A DNA stretch of 64,000 nucleotides from Camelus dromedarius (Eukaryota): NCBI RefSeq assembly GCF_036321535.1, contig NC_087437.1, forward strand, positions 31,064,001-31,128,000, given 5' to 3'. The position numbers were made by a program, and so were the translations under genes. The notes beneath the pieces are model-generated. The model did no database searches and was not told where the DNA came from. It saw only the letters and a list, made by a program, of their open reading frames with translations. Shown here in pieces: positions 38,365 through 50,820 of this stretch. Position 1 is the stretch's first letter; each line of letters opens with the position of its first letter.

Positions 38365-38739
38365 ACTAGCCTTCCTTTCATCTTTATATTTTACTCCCCT
38401 TTTGTGCTTCTGATTGCTCCTTGTTTTAGTTTTCACACGCAAATGGTCAGTTCTCACTTTTGAATACCGTTTCAAATCTTGTTGGACTGGGGGCTTGTTT
38501 ACTGTGTACAAGGCCTTTTCTCCCCTCTGGATCACAGGTTGATTCCTGGAAGGGGGGTGAGGGAGTCCAGGGTTGTGCTCACGTGCCGAGGAAAGCCTGC
38601 TGTGATGCTGGGAACTGAGGTGTGGGAATTGCCCGGCTTCTGGCTGGAGCTTCCTTCCCTCCCTCATGTCTTCCCATGTGCAGATGTTCAGCGGCGAATA
38701 AGAGAAAGGACAGTGGCCTTACTTGAAGCAGAGGTGGTG

Positions 38740-39010
38740 TGCCAGCGTAAATTCAGATGTCATGAGAAAGTGTAATATGGCAAATAACATGCTGGGCTAT
38801 ACTGTTAAGTGCAGTGTGAAAATCATTCTCACGTTGTGATGTGGGAAGCCATAGAAATGAGGTGACGCATTTTTTCCTGCCTTGTGGTCCTATTGACTGT
38901 GAAGGCCACACTCAGGGTCTAGTAGATATGAAGGCCCTTGAGGTTTTAGCCTCAATAGACAAGGGGGAGCAGAGGGTGCATTTGAAAACAGAGTAATGTA
39001 ACATAAGAAC
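38740..39010 (+). mobile_element. Possible CR1/L3 fragment
   Basis: GGCAAATAACATGCTGGGCTATA and GGTTTTAGCCTCAATAGACAAGGGGGAG resemble degenerate CR1 ORF2. Confidence 0.35.
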
Positions 39011-40565
39011 CTATAAGAAATTGTGTAGTAGAACTAGAGGGGTGGTAACAGTAAGGTTGCAGAGTAACAGGTAATCCCCAAATAAATCATGTCAATATAT
39101 TATTTTTATCACTGCATTAAAACAATTTTAAATTATGTGCATATAAGTAGGCAATAATATGGGGTATTTTAAAACAACCCTAATTAATGAAATTCAGTGA
39201 GATGCCTGGGCTTCTCCAGGGAAGATGGTTTTAAACCTGTTAAAAAGGCTTTCAAATCTCATCTATTAGCTACTTGCAAAGAGTTTCTTTGCTCTTGTGG
39301 TAACCTCACTGTTGCACAGACAACCTTTTCAACTAAATGAAGAGTTGAAATTGGCAGAGAGAATGTGTGCAGTGAATAAACAGGTCAGTCATTTTTATGA
39401 CAAGATCTTTATTCCGTGTAAGCTTCTCTCTTCCAAATAAAGTCCTGCTAGAAGATTGGGCATTTTGCATACCTTCTTATGAAGACCTCTTAGGATTTAT
39501 ATGAACCAGTTTATATTTGCAGTGGTTTAGTTTGGCAGGACATTTGGGCATTGTCAGGACACAGGCACTGCTTGGTTGTACTAGACTGTGCCTGCAGGGC
39601 GGTGTGACCAGCCCTGCCCCAGGCTGCCCAGGACCCTATTCTGACTGACAGAACAGAAATCTTGGGACCAGTGGCTGTGCCCATCCAGCCCCCCTTCTCT
39701 GGACTGCTCTCTCTGCATGGCCAGAACTCCCGAATCCCCTGCCTAAGGGGCCCGCACAGCCCCTTCTGTGGACTCTGCCCTGCAGGGTGGCCACAGCCCG
39801 GGCCAAGGGCGAGGGTGTGGACGAACAGGCTGGGCTGTCCACCTGGGCTGGGGCAGCTGCATGAGGGGGCATATGAAGCTCTTTACAGGGACCAAAGGAG
39901 TAGGGGGTGGAAAAGTGGGGAGCTTTCCATGAAGATTAGGCCTGAGCTTGTCCTGGACCCACGCCCACTAAAAGGAAGTGGCACTGTTGTCATTTGTTAC
40001 GATCAAATCACTTTTGCAAGTTTCTGAAATGCCCTCTAAGAAGTAACAGTGCTACTGTTCTAAGTGAGAAGATTGATTATCTTTTCTAACAGATAAACTT
40101 TCTCTGCAAATGACATCAAACAAACCCCAGAGGTGTTTTGTGCTATAACAACATCAGTAGAATAAAAGTGTGTAATTTTCAAAAGTGCTAACTCTGAGAA
40201 AAAACTCATCAACATGTATAAGATCTGATGGTAAAAAACTTGGTAAAAAACAGCCAGTTTTAGACCAAATAGCTTTTTAATGGAAAGAAAAAAAAAAGTC
40301 AGTGTAGATTGGGATTATTAATGAAATTTTTATCATGTAAAATAATGCTGTGTGATGTACTCAGCCAAGAGTCAGGAAAACTGCACTCAAGTTCCAGCAT
40401 TTCTATGAAATAGCTGAATTATTTGGGCCTCGACCTCTTCGGGTCTCAGTGTTGACATCTGGTAAATGAGAGAGGTTGAACATGAGGCCGTCTAAGCTTT
40501 TGTCTGTATTTAAAATCCAGAATTTTTGCCGCAAGCTGTGTTCTCTCAGTTTGATATACGACATA

Positions 40566-40737
40566 GGATAATCATCAAACCAGACACCATCAATTGTAAG
40601 ATGCACCATTAATCTGTGTACCATTAAAGAAAGAGACACATTGCCTATCGTAATTTTCAGACTACTGACTGTAAGAAGCATTCTAATTTAGCAATGTAAA
40701 AATACAAAAAGGGTATATTAAATCTCTAATATACAGT
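40566..40737. mobile_element. MER104-like Tc2/mariner MITE
   Basis: GACACCATCAATTGTAAGATGCACCATTAAT..GTACCATTAAAGAAAG..GACTGTAAGAAGCAT resembles the MER104 consensus. Confidence 0.6.
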
Positions 40738-43700
40738 AAATCTTATTCATCTAAACATTCTTCACAGAGTCTTGCAGAGTACCTACCACATCTAGTCATT
40801 CATTTATTCATTTAATAAAAAACCATAAATTTAGGGCCTACCGTATTTCAGGCAATACAGCAGGCACGTGTCAACATGTACTGAATAGGAGAATTTTAGA
40901 TGTATTTCATAACAGCAGCATCCACATGAAGCTAGTGATGCTGGTGAGAAATTAGCTCAGGAAAACAGCAAGATGTCCTCTTTTGAGGACAGCAAAATCA
41001 CCAAAAACTTGATCTCTAGTGTGGACATTTGTACTAATAAACAGAAGGCAAGTAAACAAGAATTCCCGGATCAGTTTCTTAGTAATCAAGGTAACCTGGT
41101 TGCTCTTTCCACATGTCTATGAAAATCCTGCTGAAAGCAAGACTTCCTAATTCCATGACTCTCAAGTGCTCCTTCATCTGTCATTTCTTTTCCAGTAGAA
41201 ATAAGGCAAGGAATGAGTGTTCTAAGAAACACTTCTATACTGTATCATATAAAACAATTTTACGTGACTTATTATCATGCTACATTGTTAGACTGACTTA
41301 TATACACTTAAATCTTTATATATCCACTGTGTCTAATAGTAGCCCAAGCACAGATAAGCCCTTAAAGGTAATATTTTGTAAGGAATGACACTTCCCTAGT
41401 GGGATCATTCTCAGAGTCAGAATCTTGAGTGCACCAGACAAGAGACAAGGTTCATTCAGCCCCAATATCTTCATCAAGAGGGGTTGTCCTGGGACCTTAG
41501 GAAGATGGAAAACTAATTAGTTGAAAATGCTTGGACCCCACTGTATACAATGATAACCATATGCAGTGATTTTAAGCCTCATTATATACAACAATCAATG
41601 ATGTTCTATCCGTCATCAAGAAGAAACTGGCAAAACCTTGCAGCCAGAAATGAGTGAGAACAGTTTCTGTTCTTATTCTGTTTGAATTCCCTTCTTGAGC
41701 TGTGCTTGCCACATGGGATATTTGACTATTTCTAATTGGCCTTTGCTTTCAGTCTCTGTTCAAAGTTTGTTTGAAGCACAATATATTCTCATTAACCTCG
41801 TTTCCAAAGGGGCCCCTTTTCCAGCTCATGCCTAGAATGGCTTCTCTCTGGGTTCACAGGCTTTGGCTTCCTGTTTCTCTTGGTTCTGAGCACACTGTGT
41901 TTTCTGATCAGTTAAATCTCTTCTCCAAACTGAGGTGAAGAGAGGAATCCCACATTCTGCTCTCTGGAGGTAAACTGGGCAAAACACAGCTGTGAGGACA
42001 CTTCCTGAGTCACGATTCAAAGGTTACTGCAGGCAGGACGCTCAAGAGTTTCTGTGCTTACCTAGCTATGCTGTCTTTACCTTTGTGTGAGCTATACAAG
42101 GATAAAATTTTATCATTGAATATGTTGCTTAGGGCCATTTCTATCAAATCTGAGCATCAGCTCATGGTCAGAAACTTAACCCACACAGACACACATACAC
42201 ACTTAAATCAGTTTCCACTTATATCATCTCGACCTGTGATACCCTTTCCAGAAATATCATTGTAAGAGTAAGAATGATCTATATTGGTTTCTCTCCTCTA
42301 TAAATGTCATTGAGCAATAGCTTTCCTGAGGAATCCTAATCCATATGACTATATTTTAGATATGAATTTCTCCCCAGTGGTCCTTTGGCTATGGAGAAAT
42401 TAGCACGGACTATAAAACAGAGTGCTTGAAAGAGTCTCCTTGAAGGAAATGGGGAAGCAAGAGGGAGAGAGATTTATACTTTTCATTTAATGGCAACACT
42501 TATTTTATGCAGTTTTATATTATTAGGCCCATTAAAGGACAAGAATGTGAAATATGTCCACCCTGAAGACAATTCTTCATGTTTGCCTGACATTTTCTGC
42601 TTTGAATAAACCAGTCACAAGGAAGAGTCCCGTGTGTATGTACTCCAGTGCTCTGAGTGTTTATCTCAAGAACTCCCCGTTTTCCCCACAGCCCCCAAAG
42701 AGCTGAAACTGTGCGGTCCCGCAAGCGTTAAGTACATAACCAGTGTCCTCTCGTGACAGTCTGTTTCTGAAAATTCCCTTTGAAATCAAAGACAAAAAAG
42801 CCCAACCTATTGGTGGGTTCCAACTTGTAAGCTTCCCTCCCAAACCACAGACCCCAGTCTTTGTATTTATTCAGTCTGACCAAGTCTCAGGAGATTTCTG
42901 GGAGTAGAATGTATCTGAGAATGTGAGTGTGTGCCAGGCAAGGAGGTTCTATAATGAGAAATCTCATCACAAACATTTTTTTAATGCACTTCAGCTTAAC
43001 CTAGACACAGTAGACTGGGTTTTGTATTCCTTGGCAATATGCCCGGTACATATAACTTAAATACATGCACACACATATATAAATATAAGATACATGTATT
43101 TATTCAGGATTCAAAAGAATTTTGAGAAAAATCCTTGAACTAGGAACACAAAGAGCATTTGATGCCGAGCGGATTCACACATAAATCTGGTGATTCTCTT
43201 TCTATCTGTATTCATCAGAAGTTGTTATTAAAGTAGGTGCTGTGAGCAAACACACTCTAAGTCCCTCTGGTGGGGTGTGACAGGCAGAGGGACAGTGGAG
43301 TTTCATAACAGAATTTTTAAGTATTGCCCTGTTGTACTTAAAATGATATCCTTTAAAGGGGAATTAAGGATGGTGGCATGGTTGGTCACTTATATCTAAG
43401 CAATTGTCAGTGGAAGTGGTCACTGAGGGAAGATAGAGGCTTTTCTAGGTAAACTGAGGCAGACATCATAAGGTCATATAGGAAGACAAGACTATAGGAG
43501 ATGAGACTGTCATGTCAAAGGACTGAGGTAGGGTCTGGTAATCCTCAGGGCACTATCAGAGGCTGGGAAGACTCTCTGAGCCTGGGTTTAATGAGCCATA
43601 GAAAGAGCTGAGGGCATCTGGTGCCTTTCAAGATAGGTAGGTTCCAGCCTGTCTCTGCAGCCCCGCACGACTTCACCAACACCTCTGGATAGAAAGGTTT

Positions 43701-44375
43701 GTGCTGGGGAAAGACACATCAGGAGCACCTGACAAGTGTTGTCTAGCAAAGGATCCTTCTCTGAAGGGAAAGAAAAGCCTAGAAGAAGGTCTGAATGTCA
43801 GCTGCCTCGACCCACTGCTGTCAACTTCTAAGAGGGGCAATGGACCTGGTTACAAGACCCTGCCACGAAATCTGTCCGGTAGAAATAGACCCAGCACTTT
43901 TCTCACAGCACATCTAGGATGTCTTAAGAAGTACACACCTGACTTCATTGTGGGAGGCAATGGAACTGTTACCAAGACAGCTGATGAGTTGGCCAAAGTG
44001 TTTTCAAGATGAAAGAATAATGGGAGATGTAGCAAGGCAATGGGGAGTGGATGAGGAAAAAAAAGGAAGAAAAAATGTATCCTCTGGAAGTGAGACTCTT
44101 CCTAATTTTAACTAATTAATTAAAAATGTTAAATGTACCAGAAATGAGTGGTGAACTATTTGGGTAATAAGAACAATCATTCAGTGGTGGTAAGAAAAAA
44201 AATGGCATAGTCCCTTTGGGTTTTATTTCCAACATTACTGTCAACTGTCTGTGAGACTGAGTCTCTTGACCTCTCTAGGGACCTCAGTTTCTCCATCTTT
44301 CAATGAGAGCATTAACTCAAAACTCTCCTCCAGCGTTAACAGTCTGTGTAACTGACAAAAGTGCAACAGGGTGTA

Positions 44376-44927
44376 TGTGATGGTTAATTTTACGCATCAT
44401 CTTGATCTGGTCAAAGAATGCCCAGAGATTAGGTTAAACATTATTTCTGGGTGTGTCTGTGAGCGTGTTTCCAGAGGAGATTAGCATTTGAACTGGTGGA
44501 CTGAGTAAAGCAGATTGCCCTCCCCAAAGTGAGTCAGCATGCGGGCAGTTGAGGGCTTGAATAGAACAAAAAGACAGGGGGAGGAGCGATTTGCTGTCTG
44601 CCTGACTGCTGGAACTGAGACAACCGTCTTCTCCTGTCCTCAGGCTGGGACTTACACCAAGGGCTCTCCTGCTCCTCAGGCCTTTGGACTTGGACTAGAA
44701 GTGTAGCTCGAGTGCTCCTGGGTCCCCAGCTGTCAGGTTACAGACTGTGAAACTTCTCAGCCTCCATAATTACATGAACCAATTCCTTATAATAAATCTC
44801 TTTATATATATCTATATCTTTATATATGTGTGTTTGTTCTTCCCCACTACATGTATATGTATACACACACACACACACACACACATACGCAGATCTCCTG
44901 TTCTGTTTCTCTTGAGAACCTAACACA
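44376..44927 (+). mobile_element. ERVL solo LTR (MLT2B/MLT2D-like) with internal (TA)/(CA)n tract
   Basis: Begins TGTGATGGTTAATTTTA, contains TGGACTGAGTAAAGCAGATTGCCCTCCCC and AATAAA, ends GAGAACCTAACACA. Confidence 0.88.
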
Positions 44928-46289
44928 TTGTCTATTTGGGAACAAAGATATTGCTCACATCTAGTGTCCTTGTCTCCAATTCACTGAACATAATTTTAGG
45001 AATTAAACACTTGGTATCTTCTATCTTTGCTCCCTTCAAGGTGATTTTTAGTGGATTGTTCCCAGGCAAGAATTAGCAACATGATGTCACTGGCCATGCA
45101 TTACAGGCAGGGCTTATAAGGGGGAGCTGCTTTTTGCCTCCAGTTCCTTGACGAGAATTCAGCAGGAGGAGCTCTTTAGCTGTGCAAACAGCTGTCGGAG
45201 GGGTAACCTGTCAGCAGGATCTATGGCACTCAAGAAAATAAAATTTTCCCGGCAGAAAGTGACCTGCTTCATAAGAAATGGGATGGGTCCTCCCTGACAC
45301 CCTGATTGTTTCAGCATACAGTCAAAGTATCAACATACAGTATCAGCATATAGTCAAGGAAGCCAAGAACCCGCGTATCTGTTAGATCTTTCTTTAGGTC
45401 TGTTTACAGGTGGCTAACTGCCCCTAAATGTCAGGTGGGGCTGGAGGAGCTGATACTTAGCAAATGTGGTTGCTTCCACTGGCTCTCTTGGTCTCACAGC
45501 CCAGTGAGAGCTGAAGGCATGAAGCCACTGGTGCAGGCATGCAAAGAGGCAGTGGGAAGTCATGTGGCTTGGGCTGCCACTGAGGGGGCATCTTCAGTGA
45601 GCTCTCATTTCTAGAATACATGCCAGCTTCTAGTTAACTCCAACAGATGCTAGTGGAATCCTTCAGGGCAAACTGATGCTTTTCTGGCTGTCATGTGATT
45701 TATTTATTTTTTCACTTACCTATTTATTTGTTTGATGGAGGATGCCGCAGGGCTTAGAGTGGTTTGAATCATATGATCAGTTTGCTCATGAGGCTTCTGA
45801 TCTTTGGCAGTGAGTTTGGATCTATATCCTGCAGGGCTGTCATTAAAGGAAAACAGGGATGCTTTGGGCTCTTGAGACGCACCTGTCTCTTATTTGCATG
45901 CCCCTTGCTCTGTCAGGCTGTTTCCATTTCTCTGGACTTGTGGCCCCTGTAGTCCCATTGCCTCCTCCCCACCTGCAAATCTGCTGGCAGCTCCTCCACA
46001 AGCACTGTGGAAACAATATGATGACTTCATCTCCACTGTGTGTGATAATGGCTTGTCTTAATTCTCCAGGGGCATCTGTATCCGAGTGGGGAAAAAGCCA
46101 TTAATGCACAGGGAGAATCCAGGCAAAAGTCTTGGTGTATGCTGAGGGGCTTTTACAGAGTGGGGCTTATACTGCATTTTTCAAATGATGGAAGGGTTCT
46201 AACCCCCAGTCAAACATGGCTGGTCCTGTGTCACTCTATCTAGACATTTCATACTTGCCTGGGGAATAGTCAATGCAAATTTGAACTTA

Positions 46290-46452
46290 TGATTCTTAAA
46301 TTTTGGGGACAGTGGATTTTTCTGAGAATCTGTTAAGAGCCATAGACCCTATGCCCAGTTAAATGTATATATTCACATATATTCAAATTTTATATACAAC
46401 TTTAGGAGGGTCACCAGACTTCTTAGAGGTCAACGTGGGATTGCAGGGTTAG
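46290..46452. mobile_element. hAT-Charlie-type MITE remnant
   Basis: TTCTGAGAATCTGTTAAGAGCCATAGACCCTATGCCCAG..CAGGGTTAGAG motif. Confidence 0.4.
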
Positions 46453-46558
46453 AGAAAAATTGGTATCTGGAGTAAACAGACCTGGATTTGAGGTTCCACA
46501 GTGATCTTGGGCAAGTCTCTCATGTTCCTGTGGACTATGTCAGTATCTTGGATGTTAC

Positions 46559-46701
46559 CAGTGGTTCTCAACTAGGGACAGTGCTGCAGGAATGTTTCAC
46601 TCCTCACACCATCCAGAACATGTCTGAACCAGGGCACAGGCAAATGTTTTGAAAAATATCCCCAAGTGAGCTGATAAGCCCCCAAGGATTTGAGAACCAC
46701 G
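46559..46701. mobile_element. MER5-like hAT MITE
   Basis: TIRs CAGTGGTTCTCAA / TTGAGAACCACG. Confidence 0.75.
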
Positions 46702-47899
46702 AGCAAGGAGACCTCTAAGATGACCTCTGGCTCCAGTGTTGTATGACTTTGAGGTTTTGCTCCAGAAATTCCACTCCACAAAGTTGAGGGAATACTCTGC
46801 CAAGAACTAGTCGGGAGAAGAGGAGGGGTAGTGGGACAGAGAGGGCCAGATGCTAGGCTTTCCCTTTCTTACAATTTTGTCCCATTGTTCCATGGAAGAA
46901 ATTGGTAGGAAGGGAGCAGGACCCTTCTAGAATTCTCTTTTCCTTGAAAGCCCATTGAATTGGGAGATTTGTCCATTTAATCTTGAGAGGTTAGAGAATC
47001 TAGTATATCTTTATATTTTGAAAGCCTATGTACTTGGCATATTATAGATGTAGAATAAATGTTTTTGGATGAAATAAATTTATTTCTCATTTGTTACTTT
47101 TTAAAGCAGATAATGTGATGAATTCCTGCTGTCCCATTCTGGTTGAGAATCACCAATATTGTGTAAGGTTTTATTTTACTGAAGTCATTGAAATATATAT
47201 TAATTTACTGATTAGTTGAAATTCAAGGAATATTTACTAAGTTCTAATTATGTGCTTGACTCGGTAGTTTTCAAAATAGTGGAGATTTGAGAGGAGAGTT
47301 TATTGTCCTGTGCTAATATCAAAACCCATATGTAAGTACTAACTAATGAAAAAAGTTATTGTCCACTTATGTTTTCCCTCCCTATTCCAGGAAGAGTATA
47401 TGTAAACCTTATAAAATAAAAATAAGCTATTTATGTCTTTTGTTATTCCCTGGTTTGGATCCCCCCCACCCTTCCCCAGCTAAGTTGGGTGAATGCTTCT
47501 GTGGTTTCATGCTGAGGGGCCCCATCACATGTGAGTGTTTTAGGTTAAGGGCACAGCCCGTTTTGAGCTCTCTAAGTAGGCACATGTCATACAACTAAGC
47601 AAGTGTCACCAAGAGATTTATCTCTCAGTCCACCCTTGCATGAAATAATGATAATATAAAGTTCTGGTTGCTAGAAGAGGCGGGTAACCACAGACACCAA
47701 AGGCGTCAGTAGAAGAGATTAAATGCGGTGAGATTACATACTGCTTTGTCAGTGCTCCAGCTCAGAACTAGTTTCATTTAGGAGAAGATTAAATTGCTTC
47801 AAATACTGAAGTCCTCCCTTAGAAACTATAATTGTGTGTAATAAAAGAATACTTTCCCTTCATGAGAGTAGTTGTATTTTTTATGTACATCCTCCTGGT

Positions 47900-48360
47900 A
47901 AAAGTAATAATAATAAAAATACTATTTATTGGATATTCTCTGTGTAGTAGGCTCTGCGTTCGATACTTCACTATCGATTTACTGTACTACTTGACATATA
48001 CTGAATGCAGACTGTTTCAGGCACCGAGTCATCAGCCCTATTAGCTTGGAACTATTATCATCATCTTCTTCCTTTTATAGTTGGGAAAATTTAGGCTTGG
48101 AGGGATTGAGTAGCATGTCAGAGGTCACTCAGCTGATAGATGGTAGAAAGCTGGGATTCCAGGCAAGTTCTCTAGTCTTAATTTCTAATTCATTCTTCAC
48201 AGCAATCCTATAAAGCAGTTCTGGACATTTCCATTTCACAGAGAAGGAAACAGAGCTGGAGAGGTGAACTACTCTGATGATGGTCGCACAGCCAGTGAAT
48301 GGCAGAGCGAAGAGCAGAACCAGGTTAGCCTGACTCCTAAACCAGTGCTTGGTCCACCCC
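47900..48360 (-). mobile_element. Tandem MIR fragments (similar MIR pieces near 2490-2670, 3390-3570, 9720-9870, 10660-10860, 19590-19730, 21600-21750, 22430-22570, 33290-33420, 57240-57460)
   Basis: MIR core motifs, e.g. CCATTTCACAGAGAAGGAAACAGAGCTGGAGAGGTGAA and CTCAGTTTCCTCATCTGTAAAATGGG. Confidence 0.65.
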
Positions 48361-49429
48361 CGCGCTGACTAGCCGTGGCCTTACAGCATGTTGCAGTGTA
48401 AAACGGGAGGAACTTACCTATCTACACTTTTAAAACAATAGACATTTATCTTGGTTTACCTATTAATTTTCTGTCCTTGGATATTCAGTGTCAGAGGAAA
48501 ATGCTTGGTACCTGGAGAGTTACTAGAAAATGTATGAAAATGTATGTATTTTTGTTACTGCTTACAAATGACTCATCTTGTTCCTTTTTTTGAATGCAGT
48601 AGTACTTAAATGAATTATTCTGCAATAAAATTCCTTTAAATACCACCCAGTAAGTGCTTTTTGAATACTTGCCTTGTGCAAGGCTCTGAGTTAGGCACAA
48701 TGATGCCTTAGAGATGAATCAATCAATCAAGAAGTAGGAAAGAACAGAGAAGCCAAGCCAGAAAGAACAGAGATGGGAGGCAGGGAGGCCTTCTAGGAAG
48801 CTCACCCAGAAGTCTGGTCCTGGAGAGATGAGGGTGGAAACAAGGGAGCTCCTCAGGGTGGAGGGTACGTAAAGAACAGTTGAATCAGAGGAACAGCACA
48901 GAGGCTTAACTCACTACATTCTGTACCTGATTGACTGTGGGAGCTGGCACGGTGGGACGAGTCAAAGGTGGCTCCAAGGCTGGAGGAGTCACAGAATGTT
49001 CTTGTCATTAACTGGAAGGGTAGGGGAGTGAGGTTGGAGTCGGGGCATTCTATTTGGGAGCGAGAAAGTTGAACTAAATTTGCCACAAAAGTTTGATGTT
49101 CAGTGGAAAGGAATTTGAAAACATGGATCTAGAATTTGGGGGAGAGGTAGCCATATAGGAAAGATTATTAAATGATGTGAACTGTTTTACTAGGAAAGAG
49201 ATTAGAGAGTTACACACTGCAGTGTTAGTAATGATTGTGGGGAGGGGATGGTAGTCCTTTTGTAGTCCTTCTTTTTACTTTTTCGGTATTCAGAGCGTTT
49301 CCCATGAGCCATGTGATTAGCAGTATTACTGGGAGGTAGTCTTTCCTTCCAGCCTCTCACCTCCTTCCGTTCTTGTTTCCAGCCTCCGTCACTCCAAAAC
49401 ACTGGGGATGTGCGCTTTTCTCAAGAGCC

Positions 49430-50820
49430 ACAAGAGAGGTTTCAGGCCTTGTTTTGACCTGGCCATCTCTTTGGTGCACCTCTTTTACTTTTAGGACATT
49501 GCTTTCCTGACTCATCTCAGTACCTTTGGCTCCCTCTTTGAATTCTGTCTGACGAGTCCTGTTTCATTACTGACCCTCTAACACTGGTACTCCTCAGAGC
49601 CCCATGCTCACTGGCTCCCTTCATAATTCCCTGTGAGCCACCTCATCCACACCCTTGGTAGGTGAACTGCTACCTGTAACTCATAGCTCTGAAATAGTTT
49701 TCTCTTGTCCACTTGTCTCTTCTGACAGCCAGACCATTATTATTGTTGTTGTTGTTGTTATTATTATTATTATTTGCAGATTGGGTATTTCTACCTGAAT
49801 GACCCACAGTCATTTCAACTAAGCATGTCCAAAATGAAATTAATTATTCTGTTACCTCTGCACCCCCAGTCTTCTTGAACATCACCCCTCCTCCTGCCTA
49901 TTTGTTGAGAAAAAATGCCATGAAGTACATCACTAGGTCAGAATCTTGGGCATCCTGTAGGCCTCACACTTCATGCCAGTCCCTGCCCCATGGGCACCCA
50001 GTAAGTTACTAAGTCCCATCTATTCTATTTCCTAATGATCTTTCAAATCTAGGTTCACCCTGATTGCTTCTTGCCTTAATCACCGCAAAGTCTGATCTGT
50101 CTCCCTCATTTTACCCCATCATCCATAGTGAAGCCAGTGATTTCAAACACCAATCAAATCACATCACTCCTCCACTTAAAATCCATCAGTGGCTTCCTTG
50201 GCTTACAGATTCAAGCCCAGATTCTTTTTCTCCCTACTTTTATTAAGATATACAGTGTTTATAAGTTTATATCAATTATAAGTTTAAACTGTACAGCATA
50301 ATGATTTGACTTAACATACATTATGAAATGATTACCACAATAAATTTAGTGAACACCCATCATCTCATACTGATTTTTTAAAAAAAGGCTTTTTGCCTTT
50401 GTGATGAAAACTCTTAGGTCTACTCTCTTAATTAACAAATATACCATATAGCGGTGTTAACTATAGTTACCATATTGTACTTTACATCCCTAGTACTTTT
50501 TTATCTTGTAACTGGGAGTTTGTATCTTTTGACCATCTTCCTCCAACTCTCCCTTCCCCACAAGTCTAGGCTTACAGGGTGGATTCCCTTTCATTGGTCC
50601 CCACCTTGCGGCTTAAGTTCTCATCAGTTTTACTCCCTCCCACTTCTCCCACTCGTGCTGAACCACATGACGCTTCTCAAACACACCGTTCATTCTCTTA
50701 TTCTCTGTCCTTTCTCACATTGTTCCCTCTGAGAGAGCTGCTCCCATCCTCGGCTGAGTTTCTATGAATATTTCAGCTTCTCCAGGGAATTAACTACTTG
50801 GACAAGTCTTCCTGATTTCC
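49430..50820 (+). mobile_element. LINE-2 fragment interrupted by an L1 3' end
   Basis: Pyrimidine-rich L2 motifs (CATTTCAACTAAGCATGTCCAAAATGAAATT; ATCACATCACTCCTCCACTTAAAATCCATCAGTGGCTTCC). Confidence 0.65.
50224..50560 (-). mobile_element. Short LINE-1 3' UTR fragment (L1MA9-like) inserted in L2
   Basis: CTACTTTTATTAAGATATAC..CATTATGAAATGATTACCACAATAAATTTAGTGAACACCCATCATCTCATA..ACTGGGAGTTTGTATCTTTTGACC. Confidence 0.75.
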
